A DNA stretch of 63,345 bases, filler included, from Choristocarpus tenellus KU-1152 (GCA_964200185.2; 9 parts of 9 records of this genome joined end to end with filler, not necessarily neighbours in it), one strand, 5' to 3'; positions 13,761 through 26,900 are shown, counted from the whole stretch's first letter. Translations and numbers: made by a program. The notes: generated by a model from the sequence alone, not told the origin.

Positions 13761-14324
13761 GAAAAATAGAAACATATGAAAAAGAACACTTACATGGAGG
13801 TGTAACATGCAGCAATACTTGTAGATTGTAGAGTCTGTATTTCTTACATGAAAGACCTTTGAATACACCAACAAGAGTTACAGTATATTTGAAAATGAGA
13901 AAATAGAGAAACCAATTGAAAAGTAGACAGGGTTGCATTTCAAGGATCCCGAGAAAGGGAAAAAAGATGGCATATTGTACAATCATAATGAGACTTTACT
14001 TCATTTTGGTGCTGCTCTGTGTGCGGGAAGGGGGAATATCAACTATGTGTACACTATTGTGTGTATAAACAATGAAATAGTGTATTGTAAAGGGTAAGAA
14101 ATATGGCTTCAAAAGCAAAAGGGTTTGAACCTGCCTACCTCTATTGGAAAAATATTTGTTTCTATCTGGAATACCTTCCTGTGAACTGAGAAAGGGGTGT
14201 TGGAAGAGAGTAACTAGCAGTCTCCTAGTCAGCCAACAGCGTTTTTTCCTGGTGATAAAGAGGAAAGACATACATGTAGCAATTCCTTATCTATATCCCA
14301 CAGTTGAGGGAAGGTAGGCTATAT

Positions 14325-14583
14325 GAGTGAACGTATCTTAGAGGGTACGATTTTTTCCCTATTTGTCCATTTGGGGCTTGGCTTCCCATGGGTTTTTTTA
14401 TGACATTTTCCTACCCCAAAATGTTTCGGGGTAGGTAAAATGTATACGTTATGAAATGGTGTATCTGGAACAAGGACATTGACTCTTCCTAACGAACGCA
14501 ATAGCCAAAATTACAACAAAATCGCAGCATTGAATTTTGGCCCCCAAATGGACATGGCCGTACCCTCTAAGATACTTTGGCTC
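14325..14583. mobile_element. MITE family A, copy 1 (259 bp)
   Basis: TIRs GAGTGAACGTATCTTAGAGGGTACG / CGTACCCTCTAAGATACTTTGGCTC, flanked by ATAT on both sides. Homologous to the copies at 30284, 46942 and 63285. Confidence 0.9.
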
Positions 14584-14708
14584 ATATGGCATGAGAAATT
14601 GTAGCTTTTCATACCCAAGGATCCCCTTGGTATCCGGTACATTACCACATCATGAGTAGTCAACAATAATTGTTCATCTTTCATCCTCCCTTGAGGGCTC
14701 CCTTCTCA

Positions 14709-15450
14709 TCAATGGTCCTTCTGCCGCAAGCCAGACATCTTCTTGATCCCTATCCCATATACCATAGCCATAGGAATAGTCACCGTCTGTGTGCCAGGGA
14801 CTTGTCCCACAATCTTTGCCATTCCTTGGATAGCTTCAAAGGCACCCTCGCCGCTGATGCTCCCACCTCACCCACCAATGGCGCCTGCAGCTCCCAAGCC
14901 TCTTGTTGCTGCCTCCCCACCATCAATTGGCGCAGCTAAAGCACCAACCACAACCCCAACAGCTCCTACAACTGCAGCCATGGTAAGGATCCCAGCGCCT
15001 ACCATCACCTTGGATATTCCACTAAGCGGGTGGAAAGTGCCAGTTGTAATGCCAACTAGAGGTATGGCATCCACCAGCTCTTCCACCAGCGCCTGGGCAG
15101 CTTCTTCTGCAATGTTTTCTGCAGTCTCTCCTCCTAGGAACTTCAATGGACTTCTCAGAAACCCCCCTACTGTATCATGAGTGGCCATCATCCCAACTGT
15201 CCCCTTTGCGAAGGGCTTGATAACATCTTCAGCATTCTCTGCAGTATCTCCTGCATCTTCTACAACATTTCAGGCATTCACCATTGACAGTGAAGAGGTC
15301 AAGGGGGATATCCTTGGGCGCAGCAACCCCCTTATTGTACGCCTTTCGCACTACATTTGTGTATTCCACTGTGTTCTTCACCTTCATCGTTTTCCCCAGA
15401 GTCATCACTTCATTGAGGAATGGGCAAGGTGCTTCATGGTGCGATCAGAA
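14709..15450 (-). pseudogene. Disrupted coding segment with a hydrophobic Gly/Ala-rich (glycine-zipper-like) hairpin, family unknown
   Basis: The frame NVVEDAGDTAENAEDV...EELVDAIPLVGITTG...GAGILTMAAVVGAVGVVVGALAAP...GAAGAIGG*GGSISGEGAFEAIQGMAKIVGQVPG...* continues through a TGA at 14870-14868. There is an upstream TGA/frameshift near 15272. Confidence 0.5.
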
Positions 15451-16119
15451 CCTGTCAGGATCAGATAACGGTAAGGAGGAAACCGGATAGTGTCTTTTTG
15501 AAATTGACAACCAATAGTGCACTGGACAGACTGCAAGGGTTTGAGGGTAGGGAACATGTGAGTGCATAGAATACTCCGGTATGTGCCTTACTTGGATATC
15601 AGTTGCTCTCAACCATGACCTTGACATCGAGTGGTCAACTAAAACAATTTTTCCATGCCAATCGGAGATTCAAGAGATCAGCCTTCAACTTGAGCCTTCA
15701 ACAAATTTTGCATTCGACAGACACCAATTGAAATCGCATACTACTGTCGACTGCTCTCTGCCATAGAGAAATATTGCATATGGCATATATTTAGCAGCTA
15801 GAATTCACCTCCCACACGTGTTTTTCCCTGGTGATGATATCCACATTCGATCTTCAAACTGGGGTTCAAGTTACTACCAAAGTCTCATACATGTTGTTCC
15901 CATTTGCTGCAATATGTATCATGCTAGGTGCTACAACAAGTATCACGCACGGGCAAATAGTGCCCGTTTTTAACGTTTGTTTTTTCTCCATTACAAGTAG
16001 AGCTCTAAAGACATTTATAAACTAAGACTGTGATTAGGTGTTGCTCGCTAAAAGCAAAGCAAGAGGGAGGGACTAGGTTTCTAACAGGGGGCTCAAAGTA
16101 TCTTGGGGGTGGGAGGGGG

Positions 16120-16219
16120 NNNNNNNNNNNNNNNNNNNNNNNNNNNNNNNNNNNNNNNNNNNNTTAATTAATTAANNNNNNNNNNNNNNNNNNNNNNNNN
16201 NNNNNNNNNNNNNNNNNNN
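16120..16219. other. Artificial contig-joining spacer (same spacer at 20643-20742, 32061-32160, 40063-40162, 45749-45848, 50108-50207, 55052-55151, 60000-60099)
   Basis: Identical 44N-TTAATTAATTAA-44N blocks; the 12-mer gives stops in all six frames. Confidence 0.99.
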
Positions 16220-16295
16220 ATGGTCTTTTCGAGCAACAGGCGGTCTTGGGCAGTGAGAAGGTGTAGGAGTGACTAGATTCGAAGACGAGCGCATG

Positions 16296-17056
16296 AACTT
16301 TGTTTGAGCCTCGGGCGATCAGTGGGACAACCCCGAGATCCATGATCCTGAAAATCCGTCCGTTACACTTTTCGGAAGTTGTAAATCAGATTCTATCCGT
16401 GATTACTATTTTAAAAAATCCAATTATATCAGTGATTCGTATTTTTTAAGTTGCCAATCGCATACTTAATTGATATTGTACATTTCCAATGTTCCGAAAC
16501 CAACTTTGTTCGAGCCTCAGGCGATCGGTGGGACCACCCTGAGATCCATGATCCAAAAAATCCGTGCGTTACACCTTTTGGAAGTTGTAAATCAGATTAT
16601 ATCCGTGATTTCTATTTTTTTTAAATCCAATTATATCAGTGATTTCTATTTTTTAAGATACCAATCACATATTTAATTGATCTTGTACATTTCCAATGTT
16701 CCAAAACCAACTTTGTTTGAGCTCTGGGCTATCCGTGGGATCACCCTGAGATCCATGATCCTCAAAATCCGTGTATTACGTTTTTATGGATTTGTAAATC
16801 TGATTATATCCGTACTTACAAATTGTTTAAAATACAAAGCACATACTTCATTGATCTTGTACGTTTCCAACGTTCCGAAACGAACTTTGTTTGAGCACTG
16901 GGCGATCCGTGGGACCACCCTGGGATCCATGATCCAGAAAATTTGTGTATTGCGTTTTTATGAATTTGTGAATCTGATTATATCCGTACTTACAAATTGT
17001 TTAAAATGCAAAGCACATACTTCATTGGTCTTGTATGTTTCCAATGTTCAGTAAGC
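16296..17056. repeat. Tandem array of ~206/207/174-bp units (4 clear copies, more degenerate copies to ~17500)
   Basis: Unit start AACTTTGTTYGAGC at 16296, 16502, 16709 and 16883. Shared GATCCATGATCC and TTTCCAATGTTCC motifs. Confidence 0.92.
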
Positions 17057-17480
17057 AAAACTTCAAAAAACAACTTGCACCCTCTACATATTTGAAGTAC
17101 AAAATCTTACCAAATTGGACATATGGATTGTCATAAATTGTAGAGGCACGTGCATTAGGATTTTTATAAATAGTAAATCCAGTAATAACCGTTCTTAGAG
17201 TTTTTTTAAATACCAAGAACGCATTTTATGGGTCTCTCACACGTTTCCAATTTTCAGAAACTAAAAGGACACTTCCAACTGGTACCCACAATTTATTTAG
17301 ATACTATATCCGCTTCTTGGTGTCTTTAGTATTTAAATAAACACTAGAGACCACAAAAAAGCGGATCTATGGTATTAAAGATCCGCCCGGATCACTTTTA
17401 CCGTTGAACACCCAAAACACATGCGTTAGGGTTTTTACAAAATTAGAATGATATTCTAATCTTTACATCAAGAAATACAG

Positions 17481-19784
17481 ATACAAACCACATCCTTCAA
17501 TGATGTAATACATTTGAAACGTACGAAACGAAAAGGTCACAATAATACAGGTACTCTCTGTCTCATTTCAATATGAAATCGTATGCTGTTTGATATTCGT
17601 ATTTTTTATAACACAATTCTCATAAAAGTGTTGAAATCTGAGTTTTGAGGATTGACATACCAGAAGCCTGCCGTACTTACAAAGCAGTTTTCTCCATCTG
17701 TGGTAATCCAGCGAGACTGTATAGGTAATGGGGACCAGCTCAACGCCGAAACTGCGCTTGCCATCCAAGGACGTGTACTGGACGGAAACCATAGAATAAC
17801 GGTGCTGAAGAGAGAATTTGATCCCGAATGCGCTTTCACTATGCGAATCTACATGGAGTTCAACCAAGCAGAAGAGAGACTAGGTGCCAACGGTGGGTGA
17901 TGGAGTGTTTTCGTTATTCCATAATCGCCTGACCATTCTGATCAACTAAGCAACAAAGTAGTTGAGTGTTCTCGTTGATTCATGTTCGCCTTATGACTAT
18001 TACCATCAAGAAAGCAACAAAGCAAGTTGATATTCTTCACGTTATTCCATGATCGCCTGACCATTCTGATCAACTAAGCACAGAAGTATGTTGAGTATTT
18101 TCGTTGTTCCATGATCGCCTGATGACTATTCTGATCTACGAAGTTGTTGCCGAGTTTCCTTTTCTTGGTTCATCGTCTGTCAGCCCATTGTGGATCTTTT
18201 CGTTGCTCATCTTTTTTAGCCCTCGTGGTCTTCCTGTCCACAGCAACATGTTGCTCAGTGCCGCAGGCCGCGTGTGTCCTGCGACCACTCCCCACCTAAC
18301 CCTTGTCCCGTTCGCCCACTGCGCCGCCATGCTTATAGCATTCAACGACGCGACCGAGAGTGTGGTGGAGCGCACGTTATACGATAAGATATATTTTCAG
18401 CACGAGCTCCAAGAAGCTATCAAGCGATAGACGAAGAAAAAAGAAGTGTCACTAACAGAGATCCGCAGAATGTACAAAAAGGTGAGAGAGTTGTTGACAT
18501 TGGTGGGTTGGTTCTCTCTACCCCTCCTCTAGTTGGGTTACAGCTGTTGTGAAATCTCTCTGTGTCCTTCTATTCAACCTAAGTTGAGATAGTTATCCCG
18601 CGTTTAGATACCCTGTCTACCAACTTATTGATTTTCCGGTGACCATGTAGTATGTATGTGTGGTTAACCACAGAAGTGCAATAAAAAGCGTCCTTGATTG
18701 TTTTATCGACGGTGTTACCTGAACCCCCCCCCCCCACACACACACACCACACACACACATACATACCGCGTTGGCGTGATAATAACGATGCCTCATCCTC
18801 GCTGGCTGGGAGCATAATATTTTCCGTTTTCTGCCCATTGCGAAGGTGGGCGTTACTCCCCCGGCGAAAACAACTCTACAAAACTGGTAGCAAGGCGTAA
18901 AGTCCCTTCGACCAGAGTCCTTCGAGGTACTGAAGGAAGTGTGTGAGACCTCATCACCATAGGTTGACCGCAACGCAGTCACACTAAACTATCTGACTAG
19001 CGAGGAGTTTGCCGGCTTCACTTCTCTCAAGAAGGGGCTATGCATCCATCTGCTTTCTAGGCAAGTCAAAACGCCACTGTGTTTTATCGTGTAGACAGCA
19101 GTAAGCGCAATTTGTGCCGGTCGCAGCACATTGCACAGGAGCGTGAAATAAGTGTCTCCTGCGATGAAGAATGCAGTTGGCCATTGTTGTGTCGAACGAA
19201 AAAGCCTTCATAGTAACCTGATAATTCTACAAACAGTGTGTGATTCCTGTGTATGTGCGCTCTTGTCTTTTAGGAAGTACGACAATCGACCCATGAATAT
19301 TTGCTGCAGTGGCGACCTTTTCCTCTTCATAACCTGCGCATCGTTCTCGTTGACGTCCTTCATGGCAATTCTCCTTTAGCAGGTACAAGTCGTTCTACGG
19401 GAAGGCTCCTACGGCGAGGGACCACAAGGAGATCGAATCGGACGCGCACATGTCTGAGATGGTTGTCTCGCGCACCAGGCAGATTGTGCCCATGGAGAAG
19501 TGGACACCAGAGCTCCAAAGGTTGGTAAATGTTGCAGTTGCAGCGGGTATCCTTTTTTGCGCCCATACGTCGCCATGCGCCCCTCAGTAGTAAAATATGC
19601 TGTTAGCGTATTTTTCTGCACTGCACTTATTGATTATTGTTGCGAAACCGCTCTGAATTCCGGATGTTATGCGAATGATGCACGGGCTGCCAGGGAAATG
19701 GACAGACTCGCATACGAGAAGTGCAGTACGCACGACCTCTGGGTCAAGCCCCACTACGAGGAGAGGAAGAGGGAGGTGGCCTAA
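17481..19784 (+). pseudogene. Spliced ParB/Srx-like N-terminal domain plus putative HTH protein, with in-frame stops
   Basis: Exons 17481-17550, 17650-17892, 18339-18481, 18846-19060 (GC donor), 19383-19520 and 19694-19784 are phase-consistent. They give ...VIHLKRTKRKG...GLTYQKPAVL...GRVLDGNHRITVLK...EFNQAEERLGANAFNDATESVVERTLYDKI...VSLTEIRRMYKKVGVTPPAKTTLQNW*QGVKSLRPESFEVL. Internal TAGs at 18428, 18888 and 18960. Confidence 0.7.
17909..18140. repeat. Intronic minisatellite, ~62-67 bp x4
   Basis: CGTTRTTCCATRATCGCCTGA...TTCTGATC core at ~17910, 18038 and 18100, with a more diverged copy at ~17971. Confidence 0.85.
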
Positions 19785-22700
19785 CTTCTGCAGAAGGTTT
19801 CATCTGGCGACCAACAGGCGGGGCCCGTCCGCCAACTGAGGGCAAACATCTCCACGGTAGTCGGAATGAAACCTCTGCAGCGGGTCAGAGCCGTGAATGT
19901 ACCTCCTGTGTTCGTAATTACAGCTGAAATGACTTGTACCGAAAAAAAAAGTTGATGCTTGGTAGGATTGGTGGTGGGTCTTCGTCATTATCATGAGCGA
20001 CAGAGTTGCCTTCCCTACAACAAACGTTGCTGTTTTGTCAGTTCTAGTCTTTCGTTGCTAATATCGGGAATAGCCAATCGTTTCCTTCAACTGTAGACAA
20101 CGATCTTGGTCAATCTCCACCTCGTTTCTGCCTCCAACACACGTCACTGAAAAAACCTACATACAGACTGGCGTCCTCGACATGGACTTGTTTCAAACTA
20201 TTTCGCCCCGCAAACCGCCTCCATTAAACACGTTTGCCACGTCAACCGTATTGTTTGCTCTGTTCGCTCCTCCATGCTATCGTACTTCCATTACTCTATC
20301 ACATTTTTGACGTCACCATCGTCCCCTCCTCTCCTCAACAATGTCCTCCGCCGTGTCCACCACTAGATTATCGAGAAGGACTCGACTCTATGCGCTTACC
20401 TCACCACCTGGGATGGGAAATACCAGGATGTACTCAACCAGGTCAACCTCCACCAGGTTCACAGCGGGCGAGGCTGTGATGGCGGCGGCGCAGAAGTTGA
20501 GAGCAACAACAGATCGGCATCAGATGGTCGTGAGAAAGAAGACGAGGGAGGGCGCGAACACCAAGGAGGGGATGGAGAAGAGGGAGGGGACGAACACAAA
20601 GGAGGGGACGAAGACGAGGGAGGGAACGGACTGCCAGACAGGNNNNNNNNNNNNNNNNNNNNNNNNNNNNNNNNNNNNNNNNNNNNTTAATTAATTAANN
20701 NNNNNNNNNNNNNNNNNNNNNNNNNNNNNNNNNNNNNNNNNNCCCCCTGGCTGTGGGCAGGGTAAGGATGTGGACCGCCACCTCTTTGGGCTGTCCACCT
20801 TGCTACGTGAAGGTGAGAGAAGATAACTGAGCTTTATTAACCAGAAAATTCCTAAATTCTTAGGGGTTACAAGCAAAATGGGTTGCAGGATACCTACAAG
20901 GGGGGAAACCTTGCCCCTTGTCCCTTGCCTAATGCAGTAGATGCTCTTTAGTCCTCAATAATACTATCAATATTCAACATTGAGTGCTTACTGGATGAAG
21001 CCAACATTGGATAAAATAACACTCACACATGTTGCATACCACAATACAGGGGAATCAGCAGAGCTCTTCAAAGACCCCTCATTCTCCATCAGCAAGTATT
21101 GGAGGCTCTCCACAAGTCACTTAACCCACGAGATGTTTGATGGATGGGGGTGGGGGGAGGTAGTCCCAGATGGTGAGATGTGTACAGTGTTTTTTTGGGA
21201 CAGAAGTAAGTTCAGAGTGGGTAAAAGGTATTGTTAACCTTCGCACCCCCCACCCCCTTTTTTCTGGTACAGATAATACACTTGCCCTGTAAGAGGAGCA
21301 CTGCAAAGTTTTTCTTATGTGCTTTACTTTTCCTGCTTAAATATCTAATGCATTTTTTTTTATGCATGCAACAAAAAATAGGTGTAGGTGCAGCATACAT
21401 GATCAAGAGACGCTCAATCCACTTCAATGTGGCCTCTATGCAAAGACCGGAGGGGTGGCCAAAGGCCCTTTGCCATTGTGTACATGAGGCATTACTGGAG
21501 ATGCAGGCACTATGTGAGCATGAAGTGGTTGCCACCACGCCTTCCAAGCTCTAGATTTTTTATACAGGCGATGAGGTCTGGTTGGGGAGGGACCAAGGCA
21601 CAGTAACAAAAGCAGTGGCAATACCTGCTACAAGAACAAGATATTAGCTGTCCACGCATAGGTATTTGACTTACTCATGTCAAGTTCATTATGGAATGTA
21701 CAGCAGTCAACATTTTGATTTTTTCTAGTTTGATGAGTTACTGTGGAATATTGGGAAGGAGGTAATTGCTCCTGAGAAAGTGACAGTGGTAAGATCTTCC
21801 AATCTAATGTCAACACGCTTGAGTCAAAAGGACAATAGGGGAATAGAAATATGATGGGTGTTTGAACCAAGAGAGCAATGAATGTGGAAGGAAGCGACTC
21901 GGAAATGGAAAAAGAAACATTTTAAGTGCTCTTACAATCTATCTTCAGATTTGTTGGTTGCATTAATCCGTTCTTGCATTAGGCAGTAACCATTGCCATC
22001 CAGAGTATTGCAAGAGCCCAATTCAATTTATACATCAAAGAAAGCGATCTGTCCTTGTACTCCCATGCATCTCTCTCCATAGGCACAATTGACTCACCTG
22101 GTCTGGGAGTGGGACAACGAGTGTATGTAAATCTTCATTCCCCAGTTTTTACAGAACACTCTTAAATAGAACAGTCTTTGTTTTCAACTGGAGCTCTAGG
22201 TTGGTACAAGTGACAATAAATATTGTGCTAACACCTCTATTCGTTCTTAATCGAGTCAAACACATACACACACACACACAAGCTTGACCGTGGGTGGGTT
22301 TCCGGTTACTTCAACTAGCAAACCCACCCACGATATATAGGGTGCTCCTGCACAATAAGGGAAGCCAGAAGCCAAACAGCCAACACTCCCATAAGAAGGC
22401 AAGAAAACTAACTCTCTAAGGCATCTCGAGAAAGATATTGTAACTTATTGTACACGTGAGGATGGGTGATGCCTCCTTGTGTGTATGATCAGTGATGATT
22501 GTACCATCCATACATGCAGTACTCCAGCAATCCAAGGGAAAATAAAACAATGTACATGTGTAGGAACCCACTGCAGAGAAAGACAGGTGCTAAGCCAACC
22601 CTGGAAGAAAAAATATATCAACTTGTCCAAGTAAGACATTGAAGGTTCACCCTGTACTATCAAGAAAAATGCCCCCTCCCCCCCCCCTCTGAAATAAACC

Positions 22701-23958
22701 CAACTAAGTCAGTCTGTCAAACCCTGACCTCACATATACTATGTAGTATATATTATGTGGGTTCTGCTTAGCTATCTCCTGACCAACATCTGGTTGTTAA
22801 TTATACTGCCATCGTCTTAATGGATGTAAATAGGATTGCAATTTTAGTTGGTACAGTATGACATACACCAACAAAGCTATGATGGATTCATGCCATTGGT
22901 ATACCTTAAGACTGAACTGTCAACACCAAAACTCTGTAGCAACTTCCCAGTTTTTGTCAAAATCTGCTGCCTGAGCAATTTTGGGCTATATTGACATCTC
23001 TGCTTGTGTTCCTACTAGACAGTACTGTACCTATCCGCCTGCCATTGCACTACATCGAATAAGGCAAAAAACTAATATACATACATAGCATACTGACACC
23101 AAAATAGATGGTTCATAATCTCACCAGCACTCCTCTAGCTAAATAGGCTTACCAAAAAAAAGTAACCCCCTTTTAAAAGAATCTATTTTTCTGAGCTAAT
23201 CCACATAAGTGAGACAATTCCTGACTAATGACTGCCCCCAGAATCTACCAACTTTCACTCTTGAGTACAAACACGAGATAGAACCTCAAGGTGGGACATT
23301 CGTAGAGTTCAGAAGGCAGAAAAAAGGGTATTTTTCAAACCGTACAAATGCAATCACAACGCCTGCAAAATATATACATATATACCCCCCCTCTGCCTCC
23401 CCTCCAAAAACTGCTTGATCTTGTCCATCAGAAACAACAATCCTCTAATCCCCTCTGAGTCCCACGCCACAACAAATTGTGGCAAAGTCAACACCGTGCA
23501 AGTCACATCGGTGAGAATAGAATCTTCAGAGGAGACGTATCAATTCAAGATGGTGAGGCCGGTCTGGTGTCAAGAAGTGTAGAAAATTGAAGAGGAAGGG
23601 TAGGCACACGACAAAAACCTGGAAAGCTTCACTGAAGAAGTAACTGACCATCTGACATGCTCTGCATTTTAGGGTCACTCTGAGTAGATCAGAAGAGAGT
23701 TATATGCACCCTGACAACGTGATATGACCTCCTCGCCAATACATAGGTTGAGTCCTTTATTACAACAGTGCCAACATTGTCCGTTGTTCTGCACCACAAA
23801 ATAATAAAAAAATACTAGAGGTGCTCACAAAGCTCTCGGGCAGAAAACCAGGACGCTAAGAGTGGGTGGAGCATTGGATCTAGAATCAACCAATAAAAAA
23901 TCAACAGGGTATGGGCCAATACCATCCCACCCACTTCACTTTCCTCACACGTTACATG

Positions 23959-26900
23959 TCATGATAGCAGGCAAGAAGTTGAACGGCGTATTCGATGACC
24001 GCTCTCTAGTATCGGATTCAAGTCCTCCAGTAACTGTGATTCCAAGACCTGCGGGACAAAGCACAAAAGAAAAAATTGGTCGGCATTTGCGCAGAGCTCT
24101 ATAGTGCAGTGACTGTTCCCACCAGCAAAGCAAAAGCTTTATTCAAGGTCTAGCTCAGGATTAGGCATACAATTACAATGTGGCTTGAAGAGGAAAGCAA
24201 ACACCATGTTTTTTATTTGATTGCGACAAGGTAAGGTACATTACGACATAGAAGGGCTTTTCTCCTAAGGAATGTGTACAATTGTATGATGCACTTCAAA
24301 AATGCAAGATGAATGCTGTGGCAGATCATGATGTGCCTTTACCCTGGGTGAAAATATAACAACCAACCTCAGTCTCATAGCACATTTAAACAATGTTCAC
24401 TCATTGTTTCACACACTAACAGGATATCAAGGCATCGTATTCCAGTCAGTCAAGTGAACACATTGCAAAGAACAGTACCCCCCGTAGAGCAGGGTAGCAA
24501 TGAAGGAAAATTTAGATTTTGCAGAGGTCAACTGCAATACTGTTGATATTAAACATTGAGTTCAAAGACAAAGGATAAGTGCTGCTGCCAAGCATCAAAA
24601 GGCAGTAACTTAGTAAGAAAGATACTACTCTTTACTATCATAAAAAGGTACTGGATAAGAACACTCAAATAATTGCCCTCAATATTAGACTGTTGCTACA
24701 GTGGTGTTGTTAAAAAAAATTGGATTAGGAGCAGGTTTGCAAAGTATGATCTAGTTTCTTTGTTTGAGCAGTATACAAGGTTCACAGGCCCTTACACAAA
24801 ATGACAATGAGCCAAGCAAGGTATGACTGTCAAAGATTCTCAGGTGGACACTATTCCTGCATTGAACTTTTACAGTACAATATTAATCAATAAAATCTGC
24901 ATTCCAAATGGGTAAAAGCATTTCATTTTTCACTAATGCTTGAAAATCAGTGCTTCTGAAGAGGTTTTGTCATGGTCAAGTCCTACATAAATTGAAATAT
25001 AATTTCAAGGGACGTCAAGAAATTATGTCTCAGTGGTCCTCATATTAGGCACCACAAAATGCACACCTGCATACAGTACATGGCATAGACTTGTGGAGTG
25101 CAGAAAACACAACAAAATAGCTTGCTATGAAATACCAACATACAGATAAGCATCAGATTTTCATAAAGGGTTTACATGGGATATCAAACCCACCGTGTGA
25201 GAAGTAAGAACTGAATTAAAGTAGTGCAGCTGTAACACCTCTCATCATGAATTAGACTGGTTCAGAATATGTTTCGCTCGTAAGGGTTGCTCTCACCTGA
25301 TTGATTTCAAGCTCTGACCCATTCATGGTGTTGGCTTGATGCCAACGCACCAGTGTCTCCACTAAGGCCCCCCGGTCCTGATTTGTGCGACACTTGAGCC
25401 AGACATAACCCCCCCCTTCCATGTGCATCACAATATCGCTACTCCTGAGAGCCATCACTTCACCATTCCCAAGCACCTCTGTGTCAAATGGGAGGGACAT
25501 CATCTCCACCTGGTCTGCCTCCAACCTGCTGATCACACCAATGCTGCTTATCCTTTGTGCCTCTACTTCCGCCTCTAAATCTATACCTGACTCCAAAGTT
25601 GTTGATCGCTTGTACCGTTGACCTCCTGCTTCAGAATCTGATTCCATCCCACTTTCCATCTCCACTGCAGTACCCATCCCCCCATCCAATTCGCTTGTCT
25701 CTGTCCCATGCAAAAATCCTCCATTCTCCCTGTTAGAACCTTCACTGTAGCCACTTTGGGCCCTTGGTCTTCGCTTCGCAGAACGAGGAGCAACCATACG
25801 CACCTCCAGCATGTATAGAGCAGCATCAGTTACCAGAAGAGCATGCCTGCAGAGGGAACAGTGTAGGGAACTGATGAAGGACGGTTTTAAAAATATATAT
25901 ATATTGGAAATGGAAAGTGTGTATCCCAGGAAGAAAACTATAAGAGTGAACATAGAGTGGTAGTCAAAAATATGTAAGTTTCAAGAACCTTTAGTACTTG
26001 TGTCGATCTTGCACAGACATTGGGGCGACTGCTGGAGCGATGATATTCATCAACAAGAATAGGAATGAAAAGGTAACTAATAGTTCTCGGACACTGGCAA
26101 ACATCGATTCCATTAAAAACGATGTGGTCCATACCTAGAATAGTAACAGTTGTGCCTCCCATATTGTATTTAAATATATACTCTTTTTCGACCTCTGCAT
26201 GATAATGGTCCAGTTAGGGGAATGAGTGTGACCAGAGGATTGATGCGACCTTCATTTATTAAGACAAGTCCATTAAATTGTAAAACTGCAAGATATACCA
26301 GGAGTGGTGAACGCAATGCGTTCACTGCTTCTGCCGAGAATACGGTGCCACGCAAGGATCACCAACCACCAACGGCAAGAACAAAAAAATGTTTCAGGTC
26401 CCCTTACTGTCACCATCTCTCTTTGTTGTCTTACCTTGCACGATCAAGGCCCATGGTACCAGCGTCTTCCATGCCCGAATCTGGAGTCGGATCACTAATG
26501 TCCCAGAAATTGACCCAGGTTACGAAGTCCACCAGCAGGCGTTTCTCTGAGCAAAAGTCCGGCCCCGATCTGATCAATGACTGTAAATGTAACACCATTA
26601 CCAAATGGAGGAGGGGATCAACAAGACATCTACTACATAAATCCAAGAAGGGGTTGGAAAGAGCGGGTTTACAGAATGGCAATAAACTAAACTCATACAA
26701 AATCCCAACACCCATTCCTCATTAATCCCCGACATAAAGTTATGCACCATACGGGGTTGGCCACCCTCTAGAATTACCTACCTACGGCAAGCTTACAGTC
26801 AAGAAGTCACGACGCGAAGGAGATATGCATAACCTAGATTGTATTTTCTCACAGTCGAGAAGGGGGAGCAAAAAAAATGATTGGGCACATCTTCACCGGC

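Noticed and set aside
16164-16175. TTAATTAATTAA palindrome as a biological site
   Set aside because: Identical in all eight N-spacers; a synthetic linker.
16470-17054. Repetitive ORFs (MILYISNVPKPTLFE...)
   Set aside because: Translation artefacts of the tandem array. Unit lengths (206/207/174) do not consistently keep frame and the ORFs start at non-ATG codons.
16296-18140. Possible CRISPR-like array
   Set aside because: The units are homologous along their whole length, with no unique spacers and no cas genes, in a eukaryotic context.
21400-22200. Exon-like segments with good splice signals on the minus strand
   Set aside because: No phase-consistent, recognisable coding frame could be assembled; may be UTR or non-coding.
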